Shown piece after piece: positions 30,995 to 41,189 of a stretch of 64,000 nt of DNA (position 1 is the first letter of the stretch; the number at the start of each line of letters is the position of its first letter). A program made the position numbers and the translations under genes. Source of the DNA: Candidatus Latescibacterota bacterium. Lineage in GTDB: Bacteria > Latescibacterota > UBA2968 > UBA8231. The notes under the pieces were generated by a model. The model made no database searches. It was not told the DNA's origin and was given only the letters and a program-made list of their open reading frames with translations. The stretch spans positions 4,832,001 to 4,896,000 of the forward strand of contig OZ252098.1 in assembly GCA_965248355.1 (NCBI GenBank), written 5' to 3'.

Positions 30995-33900
30995 TCACCG
31001 CAGCAGCAACAGCTTGCCCACCCCCTGGTACGGCCCCGCCTGCAGACGATACAGGTACGAGCCGCTGGCCAGGGTCCGCCCCGCATCGTCGCGGCCGTCC
31101 CACTCCACCGCGTGGATCCCCGACCCGCACGGCCCCCGGACCAGGACCGCCAGCTTCTGCCCGAGCAAGTCGTACACCGCCAGCTCCACCGACGGCAGGT
31201 CCTCCGGCAGGGAGAAGGAGACCAGGGTGCGGCTGTTGAAGGGGTTGGGGTAGTTGGGATGGAGGGCGAATTCCGGGGGCTTGGCCGCGGCCTCGAGGGC
31301 CGTGGCCACGGGCCGAATCTCGAAGGAGGTCACGGCTCCCACGTAGGTCAGGTCCCCGGCCGGTCCCAGGTGCAGCTCCAGCCGGTAGCGGCCGCTCGGG
31401 ACCTGCGTGAGAGGCAGCTCGCCGTCGAACCGCCCCGCCTCTACCGCCCAGGTAAGCACCCAGAACGATGTGGTGCCTTGCGCGAGAGGACGCAGGATCC
31501 ACTGCATCAAGGTCGCCTCGGGATCCGACACTTCGCCGGCGATGCGGAGGGGCGGGTGGGCGCCGACGGACGTCGGAAGGGGACGGTCGAGCCGCACGCG
31601 GTTGAAGTAGCGGGTGGGAACCTGCAAGGGGCCGTGGCCCCGGGTCAGGCGGATGGGGAAGAACCGGCCGGCGAAAGGTGTCGGCTTCCGCTTCTCGACG
31701 TACACGTTCAGGGAGTAGGTCGCGGCCTGCTCGTGCAGGAAGTAGATCGTCCGCGAGAAGCGTCCCTCGTCCACGAGCAGGAAGAACTCCTCGCTCCGGC
31801 CTCCGTCCTCGCGGTAGAATTCCACGTGGATCAGGTCGACGCTGTCGGCCGTGGTTCCCTCAAGGACCAGCGGCTGCCCGGTGGCCAGCTCCAGGGGCAG
31901 GGGCGGGTCGAAGGTGATGCCGGCGAAGTGGTCGGCCGCCATGGTGGTGGGGGCCGCGGCCCTGGCCACCGGCAGGGCCACCGCGCCAAGGCGCGCATGC
32001 GGCTCGGTCCGCAGGCCCAGGCTGGCCGTGCCGTCGCCGGTCACGCGGAGGAACTGCAGCCCCCAGGGTTTGACCGTCAGCCCCGGGGGTTCCCCGTCCA
32101 ACCGGTAGGTCACGGAGGCCGGCGGGGGGAAGCCCCTCCCCTCCGGGGTCTGCAGGGAGGTGAGGCGGTAGTTGAACCGCGGGTGGCCGCTCTGACCGGT
32201 GCCGCTGATGTAGAGCTGGGCCCCCCATCGTGCCATGAGGTCGGCAAAGCTCTCGCCGGTGGCGGTCTCGACGTTGTCGCGGTCGATCCGGTCGGTCTGC
32301 ACCAGGCGCAGCAGCACCCCCTTCCCTAGCAGGTCGACCAGGCTGCGCACGAACAGGTAGGCCGCACCGCGCTTGGCCAGGCTGCCGATGCCGGTGCTCA
32401 ACCCTGCCCCTCCGGGCTGCCTCAGAAAGGCGCGCACAAGCGCGTAGTTGTCGTTCTCCTGTTCCGCCACCAGGTCCTGGGCTACGTGCGACAAACCCTC
32501 GTTGAGCCAGATCTCCTCGACGCCGGAACGGCGCACCAGGACGTGCTGGTTGAAATTGATGAGGTGCTGGAAGTAGTGGGCCAGCAAGGACCGGTACTCG
32601 GACGCGGCGGGACTCAGCCACAGCAGATCGGTCATGTTGCCGTTTCCGCCCAGATGGTCAGGCACCACGGCCCCCGCGTTGAATGCGACGGGTCGGCCGA
32701 TGTCATGCATGAGGTGGGTGAAGAGCAGGGCGATCTTCCCGTCTCCGTCCACGTCCGAGGGGGCCCCGAAGGCGTCCACCAGGACCGGGTAGTCCTCGGC
32801 GAACTGGTCGATGATCGTCCGTATCCGTTCTTCGTCGATGTAGTCTTCGTCCTCCCGAAGGTCCTCCTGGAGGAAGGCCACGGCGCGCTCGTTGACCGCT
32901 GCAACCCTCGTCTCGATGAACTGGTCAAGAGTATCTACATCGACGTTGAAGAAGAAGGAGCGGCGGTCCCCGACCTCGTACTGCACCCCCACCGGCTTGC
33001 CCGCCCAGGGCCCGCTTTGCCCCAGGCGCCGGGCCAGGTCCTGCTCCAGCCGGCGGTCCCCGTTCTCGGCGGTGTCCGGACGGTCGTCCGCCGGGGCATG
33101 GGCGGACTTCCCGCTGCCCCCGGGGCGGTCCAGGAGGACGTCGAAGAGCGCCTCCGGGTCCGGCGCGTGCAATGGCGACGCGTAGAGAGCGAGAACCACG
33201 TCCTGCTCCCGGAGATCGAGTTCGGCATCGAGGCGCCCCTCGGCATCCGCCCGCAGGTGCACCAGGTCGGAGGACGCGTCCCGGCGCTGCAGCCCGGAAA
33301 GGGCGACGGAGACCCGGGGCCGGAAGGGGTCGTCGCTGAGCACGGTCAGCAGACCCTGGTCGTCCCCCGAGCCGCTGTAGCTCAACACGACTTCCCCGGA
33401 CTCGCCGGGACCCAGCACGTCGGGGTAGGCCTCGACGGCAAAGGGGCCTTCGACCCGGGGCGGCTCCAGCTCGACCGCGCCGCGGCCCCGGTTCCGCAGC
33501 GGGACCCCCGTCTCCTGCCCGGCCAGCAGGGAGACGGCCAGCACCCCTACCTCCAGGTCCGGGAGGGGCGCATCCACCCCCTCGATGAGGATGTCGCCGG
33601 CGACCCAGTTCGCCCCCTCCTCGAGGTCGATCATCAGGCTCAGTCGCACGGGCCCCAGCTCGCGGTCCGTGAGGCGCACCGGAAAGCGGAAGCGTCCCTC
33701 GTCCAGGCCGAAGGCGAGCACCCGCCGTTCCCCCTCCTGCGGCGCCAGAATCAGCCGGGCTGCGCGAACCCAGGGGCGGACCTCGCCGGCGACGACCACC
33801 GGACGGTGCAACGGCCATTTCACCGGCAGGGGCTCGTCGAGCACCAGCCCGTTGAAGAAGTGCCGGGGCACCTCGGCGGGTTCGGCCCCGGCCTCGATAT

Positions 33901-34582
33901 CGAGGAAGAAGTACCAGGCGACGGCTGTCAGTTGCCCTCCCGGCGAGCCGAGGTACGCGATCAGACCCCGGGCATCCTCCACTTCCCGGGGCAGCAGAAG
34001 GGTTCGCTCGAAGCGCTCCTCCTGGGCGAGGATGTAGAAGTCCCAGTTCCCGGCATCGGACGTGAACCGGAAGAGGAGCATGGCGGGCGGGGCCAACCCG
34101 TCCAGATGGCCGGCCAGGTGCACGGCGGTCCCGGTGGCCATGCGGGTCGGCATCGGCTGGTCGAGATGCACCAGGGGGAAGTAGCGCCGCGGCAGCATCA
34201 CCGGTCCCCGCCCCCGGTCTATCTGCAGGCCGTCGAAACGTCCCAGGAGGGAGAGGGTTTCCTCACCCTTGAAGGCCTCGACCACCAGGCTGAACTCTCC
34301 ATCCAGGCTATGGGGAAAGACGACTTCCCGAACAAAGCGGCCCTCGACGACCCAGACCTGGAAAGCAAATCCGGCTTCGTCGGCCCGTTGATACGTGAAG
34401 ACAATGGCGGAGATGCCGGGGTCTTCCACGCTCCCGGACAGAGACAGAGCCTGACCCGTTTCGAAGCGGGTCGGCATGGGCTCGTCCAGAAGGATGCCGG
34501 GGAAGAAGGTCCGCGGCACGTCGTCGGCCTTCAGCAGGAGGGGGTTGAGCAACAGCAGCACCATCGGGAGGGCCAGACGCAT
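30995..34582 (-). CDS. Secreted multidomain zincin-like protein, paralog A (HYFQH in place of HEXXH), with FlgD-Ig/T9SS-like tail
   Basis: Signal peptide MRLALPMVLLLLNPLLLKA; SDVDGDGKI...AHYFQHLINFNQH...WLNEGLS; C-terminal NYPNPFN...GKLLLLR. Confidence 0.75.
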   Translation of the reverse strand: MRLALPMVLLLLNPLLLKADDVPRTFFPGILLDEPMPTRFETGQALSLSGSVEDPGISAIVFTYQRADEAGFAFQVWVVEGRFVREVVFPHSLDGEFSLVVEAFKGEETLSLLGRFDGLQIDRGRGPVMLPRRYFPLVHLDQPMPTRMATGTAVHLAGHLDGLAPPAMLLFRFTSDAGNWDFYILAQEERFERTLLLPREVEDARGLIAYLGSPGGQLTAVAWYFFLDIEAGAEPAEVPRHFFNGLVLDEPLPVKWPLHRPVVVAGEVRPWVRAARLILAPQEGERRVLAFGLDEGRFRFPVRLTDRELGPVRLSLMIDLEEGANWVAGDILIEGVDAPLPDLEVGVLAVSLLAGQETGVPLRNRGRGAVELEPPRVEGPFAVEAYPDVLGPGESGEVVLSYSGSGDDQGLLTVLSDDPFRPRVSVALSGLQRRDASSDLVHLRADAEGRLDAELDLREQDVVLALYASPLHAPDPEALFDVLLDRPGGSGKSAHAPADDRPDTAENGDRRLEQDLARRLGQSGPWAGKPVGVQYEVGDRRSFFFNVDVDTLDQFIETRVAAVNERAVAFLQEDLREDEDYIDEERIRTIIDQFAEDYPVLVDAFGAPSDVDGDGKIALLFTHLMHDIGRPVAFNAGAVVPDHLGGNGNMTDLLWLSPAASEYRSLLAHYFQHLINFNQHVLVRRSGVEEIWLNEGLSHVAQDLVAEQENDNYALVRAFLRQPGGAGLSTGIGSLAKRGAAYLFVRSLVDLLGKGVLLRLVQTDRIDRDNVETATGESFADLMARWGAQLYISGTGQSGHPRFNYRLTSLQTPEGRGFPPPASVTYRLDGEPPGLTVKPWGLQFLRVTGDGTASLGLRTEPHARLGAVALPVARAAAPTTMAADHFAGITFDPPLPLELATGQPLVLEGTTADSVDLIHVEFYREDGGRSEEFFLLVDEGRFSRTIYFLHEQAATYSLNVYVEKRKPTPFAGRFFPIRLTRGHGPLQVPTRYFNRVRLDRPLPTSVGAHPPLRIAGEVSDPEATLMQWILRPLAQGTTSFWVLTWAVEAGRFDGELPLTQVPSGRYRLELHLGPAGDLTYVGAVTSFEIRPVATALEAAAKPPEFALHPNYPNPFNSRTLVSFSLPEDLPSVELAVYDLLGQKLAVLVRGPCGSGIHAVEWDGRDDAGRTLASGSYLYRLQAGPYQGVGKLLLLR

Positions 34583-34641
34583 GGTTCTATCCACTGGGAT
34601 CACCTTTTCCACAGGGACTCGGGTATCGGCGTTCATCGTCG

Positions 34642-37600
34642 TCACCGCAGCAGCAACAGCTTGCCCACTCCCTGGTACGGCCCCGCCTCCAGTCGGTAGA
34701 GATACGAGCCGCTGGCCAGGGCCCGCCCCGCATCGTCGCGGCCGTCCCACTCCACCGAGTGGATCCCCGACCCGCCCGCCCCCCGGACCAGGACCGCCAG
34801 CTTCTGACCCAGCAGGTCGTACACCGCCAGCTCGACCGACGGCTGATCCTCCGGCAGGGAGAAGGAGAGCAGGGTGCGGCTGTTGAAGGGATTGGGGTAG
34901 TTGGGATGGAGGGCGAAGGCCGGGGGCTCGGCCGCCAGCTCGACGCCCGTGATCATGGGCCGTATCTCGAAGGAGGTGACGGCTCCCACGTAGGTCAGGT
35001 CTCCGGCCGGACCGACCTCCAGCGACAGCCAGTAGATGCCGAGGGGCACCTCGTCGAAGCGCAGCCGGCCGTCGAAGCGCCCAGCCTCGACCGGCAGGCC
35101 CAGGGTCGTCACCGCCCTTCCCGAGCGATCCCCATCCTCGTCCTGACGAAACAGGGAGAACTCCATCCGGGTCGCCTCGAGATCCGACACTTCGCCGCTG
35201 ATGTGAAGGGGCTGCCCCGCGTGGACGGCGGCTGGCAGGGGACGGTCGAGCCGCACCCGGTTGAAGTAGCGGGTGGGAATCCGCACGGGACCGCCGCCCC
35301 GGGCGACACGAATGGAATGGAAGCTGCCGGCGAAAGGCGTCGGCCGGCGCTCCAGGACGTAGACGTTGAGGGAGTAGGTCCCGGCCTCGTCGTGGGGGAA
35401 GAAGAGCGTTCGTTCGAAGCGCCCCTCATCGACGAGCAGGAAGAACGTCTGGGGCTCGCCTCCCTCCTCGGGGACGAACTCCAGGTGGATCCGTTCGACG
35501 CTGTCGGCCGTGGTTCCCTCAAAGAGCAGCGCCTCTCCGGTGGTCAGCTTCAGGGGCGGCGGCGAGTCGAGGGTGAGGCCGGTGAAGTGGTCGGCGGCCA
35601 TGGCGGCGGCCGCCTCGGCCCTGGCCGCCGCCAGGGGTACCGCGCCAAGGCGGGCCCGCGGCTCGGTCTGCAGGCTCAGACTTCCGCTGCCGTCGCCGGC
35701 CACGCGGAGGAACTGCAAGCCCCGGGGCTTGATCGCCAGCCCGGGAGGTTCCTCGCCCAGCCGCCAGGTCACCGAGACCGGCCGGGGAATGCCCCTTCCC
35801 TCCGGTGTCTGCAAGGCCCCGAGGCCGTAGTTGAAGCGCGGGTGGCCGCTCTGACCGGTGCCGCTGATGTAGAGCTGCGCCGCCCAGCGGGCCATCAGGT
35901 CCGCGAAGCTCTCCCCGGTGGCCTCCTCGACGTTGCCGCGGTCCCTCAGGTCGGTCTGCACCAGGCGCAGCAGCACCTCCTCCCCCAGCAGATCGACCAG
36001 GCTGCGCACGAAGAGGTAGGCCGCCCCGCGCCCGGCCGAGGTGATGCGGCCCGGGTTGAGCCCCACCGATCCCGGCTCCGCCAGAAACTCCCGCACAAGC
36101 CGGTAGTTGTCGTTCGGCGGTTCCACCACCAGGTCCTCGGCCAGGTGAGACAGCCCCTCGTTGAGCCACGACGCCTCGCTGATTCCGTGCCGCACGAGGA
36201 CGTGCTGGTTGAAGTTGATCAGATGCTGGAACTCGTGAACCAGCAAGGACCGGTAGGACTCCTCGGGAATGACCGGATTCGCCCACAGCAGATCGGTCAT
36301 GTTGCCGTCTCCACCCAGGCGACGGGGCAGCAGCGAGGAGGCGCGGAACTGGCCGCCGGCGCCGACATCCTGAATCAGGTGCGTGACGAGCACCGCGATC
36401 CGGCCGTCTCCATCCACGTCCGAAGGGGTCCCGAAGGCCTCCACCACGATCGGGTAGTCCTCGGCGAACTGGTCGATCACCCCTTGCATCCGATCTTCGT
36501 CGATGTTGTCGTCGTCCGCCCGCAGGTCATCCTGGACGAAGGCCACGACGCGGTCGTTGACCGCCACGACCCTGGCCTCGATGGACTGGTTCGGGAGGTC
36601 CCCCTGGGCGTGGAAGAAGAAGGAACGGCGGTCGCCGACCTCGTACAGGACCGCAGCCGGCTTGCCCGCCCAGCGCCCGCGCTGACGCACCCGCAGGGAC
36701 AGGGTCCGCTCGAGTTGCCGCGCCAGGTGGTCGACGGAATCGCGGCGGCCGGGCCGCGGGGCAACGGCCGGTCTGGCCAGGGACGCCGAGCCGTCGAGAG
36801 AGATGTCGTACGCCTTCTCCGGATCGAAGCGTTCCAACGGCGCCGCATAGAGAGCGAGCACCAGGTCCTGCTCCTCGAGATCGAAGGCGGATGCGATTCG
36901 ACCCGAGTCATCGGCCCGCAGATGCACCAGGTCGGAGGCCGCCTCCCGGACCTCCAGCCCCGACAGGGCGATCGAGACCCGGGGCCGGAAGGGATCGTCG
37001 CTGACAAGGGTCAGCAGGCCCTGGTCTCCTCCCGAGCCTCCGTACCTCAGCACGATCTCGCCGGCCTCGCCGGGGGCCACCACCGAGGGCCAGGCCTCGA
37101 CCTCGAACGGGCCTTCCACCTGGGGAGATTCCAGCTCGACGGCGGCGCCCCCCCGGTTGAACAGGGGGACCCGGCCCTGTCCCCCGGCCAGCAGGGCCAC
37201 CGCCAGCACCCCCACCTCCAGGTCCGGGGCCGGTGTGTCGACGCCCTCGATGACGAACTCGCCGGCGGTCCAGGAGTTGCCGTCCTGCAGCTCGACGACC
37301 GCGGTCAGACGCTCCAACGTCCCGGCCACGTGCAGGGCCTCGCCCGTGGCCAGGTCGGTCGGCAGCGGCTGATCGAGGTGCACGAGGGGGAAGTAGCGCC
37401 GGGGCAGCATCACCGGCCCCGTCCCCCGGTCTATCTGCAGGCCATCGAACCGTCCGAGAGACGCGAAGTCTTCCGTCTCCTCTTGGGCGTCGACCACCAG
37501 GTCGAATTGTCCCGCCACGCTGTGGGGAAAGACGACTTCCCGCACAAAGCGGCCCTCGACTACCCAGCCCCAGAAGTCCAGTTGGAGGCCGTCGGCACCC

Positions 37601-37794
37601 AGGAAGGCGAAGCGCACGAAGGAGATGGTGGAATCTTCGACGCTCCCCGACAGCGACAGGGCCTGGCCCGTCTTGAAACGGGTCGGCAGAGGCTCGTCCA
37701 GAAGAATGCCGGGGAGGAAGTCCCGCGGCACCTCGTCCGCCTCGACCAGGAGGGGGTTGAGCAACAGCAGGGCCATCGGGAGGGCAGGACGCAT
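34642..37794 (-). CDS. Secreted multidomain zinc metallopeptidase-like protein, paralog B (intact HEFQH...NEG), with FlgD-Ig/T9SS-like tail
   Basis: Signal peptide MRPALPMALLLLNPLLVEA; VHEFQHLINFNQH...WLNEGLS gluzincin signature; colinear with paralog A. Confidence 0.78.
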   Translation of the reverse strand: MRPALPMALLLLNPLLVEADEVPRDFLPGILLDEPLPTRFKTGQALSLSGSVEDSTISFVRFAFLGADGLQLDFWGWVVEGRFVREVVFPHSVAGQFDLVVDAQEETEDFASLGRFDGLQIDRGTGPVMLPRRYFPLVHLDQPLPTDLATGEALHVAGTLERLTAVVELQDGNSWTAGEFVIEGVDTPAPDLEVGVLAVALLAGGQGRVPLFNRGGAAVELESPQVEGPFEVEAWPSVVAPGEAGEIVLRYGGSGGDQGLLTLVSDDPFRPRVSIALSGLEVREAASDLVHLRADDSGRIASAFDLEEQDLVLALYAAPLERFDPEKAYDISLDGSASLARPAVAPRPGRRDSVDHLARQLERTLSLRVRQRGRWAGKPAAVLYEVGDRRSFFFHAQGDLPNQSIEARVVAVNDRVVAFVQDDLRADDDNIDEDRMQGVIDQFAEDYPIVVEAFGTPSDVDGDGRIAVLVTHLIQDVGAGGQFRASSLLPRRLGGDGNMTDLLWANPVIPEESYRSLLVHEFQHLINFNQHVLVRHGISEASWLNEGLSHLAEDLVVEPPNDNYRLVREFLAEPGSVGLNPGRITSAGRGAAYLFVRSLVDLLGEEVLLRLVQTDLRDRGNVEEATGESFADLMARWAAQLYISGTGQSGHPRFNYGLGALQTPEGRGIPRPVSVTWRLGEEPPGLAIKPRGLQFLRVAGDGSGSLSLQTEPRARLGAVPLAAARAEAAAAMAADHFTGLTLDSPPPLKLTTGEALLFEGTTADSVERIHLEFVPEEGGEPQTFFLLVDEGRFERTLFFPHDEAGTYSLNVYVLERRPTPFAGSFHSIRVARGGGPVRIPTRYFNRVRLDRPLPAAVHAGQPLHISGEVSDLEATRMEFSLFRQDEDGDRSGRAVTTLGLPVEAGRFDGRLRFDEVPLGIYWLSLEVGPAGDLTYVGAVTSFEIRPMITGVELAAEPPAFALHPNYPNPFNSRTLLSFSLPEDQPSVELAVYDLLGQKLAVLVRGAGGSGIHSVEWDGRDDAGRALASGSYLYRLEAGPYQGVGKLLLLR

Positions 37795-37811
37795 GAACTT
37801 CCGGGCCGACC

Positions 37812-39893
37812 TCACCGGTCGGAGGCCCTCTCCTCGGCGGATCGAGTGCGGGGATCCTCCATCAGGGCCTGCAGGACGGCGTCGGCGACCTCGGTCTCCA
37901 TCTCCCTGCCGAGGTGCGCGGCCGATTCGACCGCGGCCCGGGCCGCCGTCTTTCCGGCCTGCTGCTCCGAGACGCCGAGATCGGCGGCCGCTTCGCGCGC
38001 CGCCTTCACCGCGTGTCTGACGGCGTGGCCCACGTGCAGGCCGGCCTCGCTCGCCCCCTGGATGACGCCGTGCATGGCGCCGCGCAGCGCGTCGAGCGGA
38101 TCGGCCGCGGTCCTGGCGAGGGCCTGCATCGTGCCCTGCATCGCTTCCTCCGCCACGCGTCCAACTTCCATCGTCACGTCCGCCGCCGCCCACATGGCTC
38201 CTTCGGTGGCGCCCGTGGCCACCTCGGCGCCCTGCCGGCCGATCTGCTCGGCCGCGTCGGCGGCTTCCTCCACCGCCTGTCTGACGCGCACCGCCAACTC
38301 GCCGGCCCGCATCTGTCCGTAGTTGAGTCCCTCCACGGTCGCCTTGATCGTGGAGGACAGCTGGTGGGCGGTGACGCCGACGGCCACGTCGAGCCCGGGG
38401 ATGGGGGGCAGCCGGCGCAGCGACACCACCGGCAAGTTGGCCACGAAGCTCAGGCCCGGGACGGAGTTCAGCACCCGCAGGTTCTGGCGGGTCTGCGACA
38501 CCAGCTCGTCCATCACCGCCTCGCTCTCCGCCTCGCCCTCCTCCCGGAGGCCCGCCAGTACGCCGAGGGTGACGAGACCGAGGACGAAGGCGATGACGAA
38601 GAGGAAGTCGAAGCCGGTCAGGAAGACCGCGGGGAAACCGACGGTGCGCACCGGATCGACCCACTGCACCGCGATCTCGAGGTGACGGACGCTGAAGAAG
38701 TCGGCGAAGGCGCCGCCGAGCAAGGGGCTGACGCCCGCTCCGGCGCTGGAGGCCAGGGAGGCGGCCGTCAGGTAGGTCATGGCCTGGGCCTGGGGCGCCA
38801 TCTTCATGCGGATCGTCGTCGTCGCGATGTTGATGCCGGCGCTCGCGATCCCCATCAGCATGTGCAGGGCCACGAGCAGGGGCACGGTGAAGGCGTGCTT
38901 GTCGGGCAGGGTGGTGAAGGTCCAGCCGAGGATGACGAGGAAGTAGAGGGACGAGGAGAGGGAGAGCACCGACTTGCTGCCGAACTGATCGACGAAGGGC
39001 CCCCAGACCCGCAGGAAGAGGACGTTGGCGAGCTGGCTCAGCACGCCCAGCCCCACGACCCACGTCAGGCTCATGCCGAGCTTCGTCAGCATGTAGACGG
39101 TGAAGAAGGGCACCGCCAGATGGGCGACGAAGTTCCAGAGAAACAGGAAGTGGATCAGCTGCCGGAAGTTCCGGTCGCGGAAGGGGGCCCCGAGGCTGCT
39201 GAGCACCGAGGGGCGGCCGCCTTCGGGGACGACCATCCGCGGCTCCGGCATGCGCGCCATGAACCCCACGGCACCGAAACCCAGCACGATGCTGCCGAAG
39301 AGCATGGCGTACGAATAGGCGAAGATCTCGGCGCTCGGGCCGGAGGTCTTCCACCAGTCGATGTAGAGGGCCGCGGCGATCCCCGCCGTGGCCGAGGCGA
39401 TCGTCGACACCCGCAGACGCCGGGTGAAGATCCGGCCCATGAGGTCCTGCGGCACCAGGTCGCGGAGCCAGCCGTTCCAGCTCGTGCTCACGAAGGCGTT
39501 GCCCATGCCTCGAAGTCCGATGAACACGAGCAGGAGGGTCACGGCCCCCGGGTTGGGCACGTCGACGAGGAAGGGGAGCAGCGCGATGGGGATCCACGTC
39601 GCGTAGGTGATGAAGTAGGCGGTGACGGCCACGGCCTTCCGCAGGCGCAGCCGCTCGACGGCGAGGACCGCCACAAGTTGCAGGGGCTGCATGACGAAGG
39701 GGATGGCCGTCATGATGCCGATGTGGAAGTTGGACGCCCCGAGAATCAGGGCGAAGGAGGCGAGGAACCCGCCGGACGCCAGTCCGTCGGCCCCCGACGC
39801 CCAGATGGCCTGGCGGATCATGTCGCCCAACCCGCGCCGGCGCTCTGCGTCGCTGAGCTCGGGAACGGGTCGGAAGAATCCGGGAATGGCCAT
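37812..39893 (-). CDS. MFS transporter with long Ala/Glu-rich C-terminal extension
   Basis: Roughly 12 hydrophobic segments, WGPFVDQFGSK (motif A-like) and a ~200 aa soluble helical tail. Confidence 0.82.
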   Translation of the reverse strand: MAIPGFFRPVPELSDAERRRGLGDMIRQAIWASGADGLASGGFLASFALILGASNFHIGIMTAIPFVMQPLQLVAVLAVERLRLRKAVAVTAYFITYATWIPIALLPFLVDVPNPGAVTLLLVFIGLRGMGNAFVSTSWNGWLRDLVPQDLMGRIFTRRLRVSTIASATAGIAAALYIDWWKTSGPSAEIFAYSYAMLFGSIVLGFGAVGFMARMPEPRMVVPEGGRPSVLSSLGAPFRDRNFRQLIHFLFLWNFVAHLAVPFFTVYMLTKLGMSLTWVVGLGVLSQLANVLFLRVWGPFVDQFGSKSVLSLSSSLYFLVILGWTFTTLPDKHAFTVPLLVALHMLMGIASAGINIATTTIRMKMAPQAQAMTYLTAASLASSAGAGVSPLLGGAFADFFSVRHLEIAVQWVDPVRTVGFPAVFLTGFDFLFVIAFVLGLVTLGVLAGLREEGEAESEAVMDELVSQTRQNLRVLNSVPGLSFVANLPVVSLRRLPPIPGLDVAVGVTAHQLSSTIKATVEGLNYGQMRAGELAVRVRQAVEEAADAAEQIGRQGAEVATGATEGAMWAAADVTMEVGRVAEEAMQGTMQALARTAADPLDALRGAMHGVIQGASEAGLHVGHAVRHAVKAAREAAADLGVSEQQAGKTAARAAVESAAHLGREMETEVADAVLQALMEDPRTRSAEERASDR

Positions 39894-39976
39894 GGGCCGG
39901 GCTTTCTCCACCGGGCGGGGGATGGTTAATTCAGCCCATTCCGAAAGATGACCGAACGGTCCAAGATAGGGAGGGG

Positions 39977-41167
39977 ATGCAGAGCATGACAGCAAGCCTA
40001 CGTCCTACGGGTTCCGCATGGAGGGCAGCGGCCCGCGCGCCGAAGCCATACCTCAATAGACACAAGACGGCCATCGGGGCCCTCTCCTGCGCGCTGAGTC
40101 TCACCCTCCTCGGTCTGCCGACGGAGGGGCATGCCGGCAGTCCCGCCGAGCAGCAACCCGGCCCTGAAGCACAGCGGTCCGGCCGAAGAGGAATCGTGAC
40201 TTATGCGACAGTGTACGGGTTCAGCTTGTATGGTCCGGGGACGATCCGCCTGCTCGACATCGAGTCCGAACGGCGGGTGGCCGGATTGCAGATGCTGATC
40301 GGCGGCGGGTCGTTCTTCTGGGCCCTCGAGGCCACCAAGGACTATCGGCTCGGCGCCGGACGTTCCCTCCTGATCCTCGGAGGCAGTTGGGCCGGTACGC
40401 TGTACGGGCTTGGCGTGCCCGTGTTCTTCAAGTCGGAGAACGACAAGGCCTACTGGGCCGGTGCGATGATCGGTACGCCGGCCGGCGGACTGATCGCTCA
40501 CAGACTCAGTTCCCACAGATGGTTCGAGAGGGGTGAAACGGACATGCTGGTCGCCGGTGGATTGACCGGTGGAGTGTACGGCATCGCCATTCCCTACGTC
40601 CTCGACATCGAGTCCCTGTACGAGTGGACGCAGGCCAGGATCTACGTCGCATCGGCGATGGTGGGTGCGCCGGCGGGCCTGTGGACGACAAAGAGATGGA
40701 TGCGCGGCAAACCGATAAACCAGGGGCGGGCGCATCTTGTTTCCCTGGGGGGAGTCGTCGGGGCGGGCTATGCAAGCGGAGTTCTCAGCCTCGGCGACGT
40801 GGAGAATCCCCGGGCCCACGTCTTCGCCGCCATGCTCGGCGCGCCGTTGGGAACGTATCTCGGCTACCGGTGGACGGCCGAGGAGGAGTACACGCCGGGC
40901 CGGGCGAGATGGACGATACTCGGCGCATACATAGGCACCCTGTTCGGCACCGGCGTTGCACTGGTTGCCGACGCGGAGGACCACAAACCGTACGTCCTGG
41001 CGAATATGCTTGGATCCGCCGCGGGCATCTGGTACGCGCACCGGTTCACGCGAGACAACCAGACTCCCAAGTCGGACCGGGTCTCCGTCTCGGTGCCCTC
41101 ACTCGACCAATGGCTCGCCATGGGCCTGACAGGGATTCCCGTGGAACTGGTGCGTATCACGTTCTGA
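39977..41167 (+). CDS. Hypothetical glycine-rich multi-pass membrane protein
   Basis: Signal-like N-terminus; repeated GxxxG hydrophobic hairpins; ends ELVRITF. Confidence 0.65.
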   Translation: MQSMTASLRPTGSAWRAAARAPKPYLNRHKTAIGALSCALSLTLLGLPTEGHAGSPAEQQPGPEAQRSGRRGIVTYATVYGFSLYGPGTIRLLDIESERRVAGLQMLIGGGSFFWALEATKDYRLGAGRSLLILGGSWAGTLYGLGVPVFFKSENDKAYWAGAMIGTPAGGLIAHRLSSHRWFERGETDMLVAGGLTGGVYGIAIPYVLDIESLYEWTQARIYVASAMVGAPAGLWTTKRWMRGKPINQGRAHLVSLGGVVGAGYASGVLSLGDVENPRAHVFAAMLGAPLGTYLGYRWTAEEEYTPGRARWTILGAYIGTLFGTGVALVADAEDHKPYVLANMLGSAAGIWYAHRFTRDNQTPKSDRVSVSVPSLDQWLAMGLTGIPVELVRITF

Positions 41168-41189
41168 TCACGAAAGGGGGTGTCTGAGC

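Noticed and set aside
30995..35020. Near-identical 3' ends of the two zincin paralogs as a DGR template/variable repeat pair
   Set aside because: Both copies are coding, the differences do not appear adenine-specific, and no reverse transcriptase is in the window; a simple tandem duplication explains it.
34759..38322. Long antisense ORFs (also 2970-4274, 15572-17680, 28558-30636, 32486-34699, 37914-39929, 44831-46102, 48384-50309, 53093-54781)
   Set aside because: Shadow frames of strongly GC-biased genes on the opposite strand, with no recognisable motifs.
34642..39597. 1651-aa ORF, and the similar over-long ORFs 11359-13851, 12384-14093, 41330-43108 and 46411-49785
   Set aside because: Their 5' parts are off-frame read-through across neighbouring real genes in GC-rich DNA; true starts were reassigned from RBS, coupling and domain boundaries.
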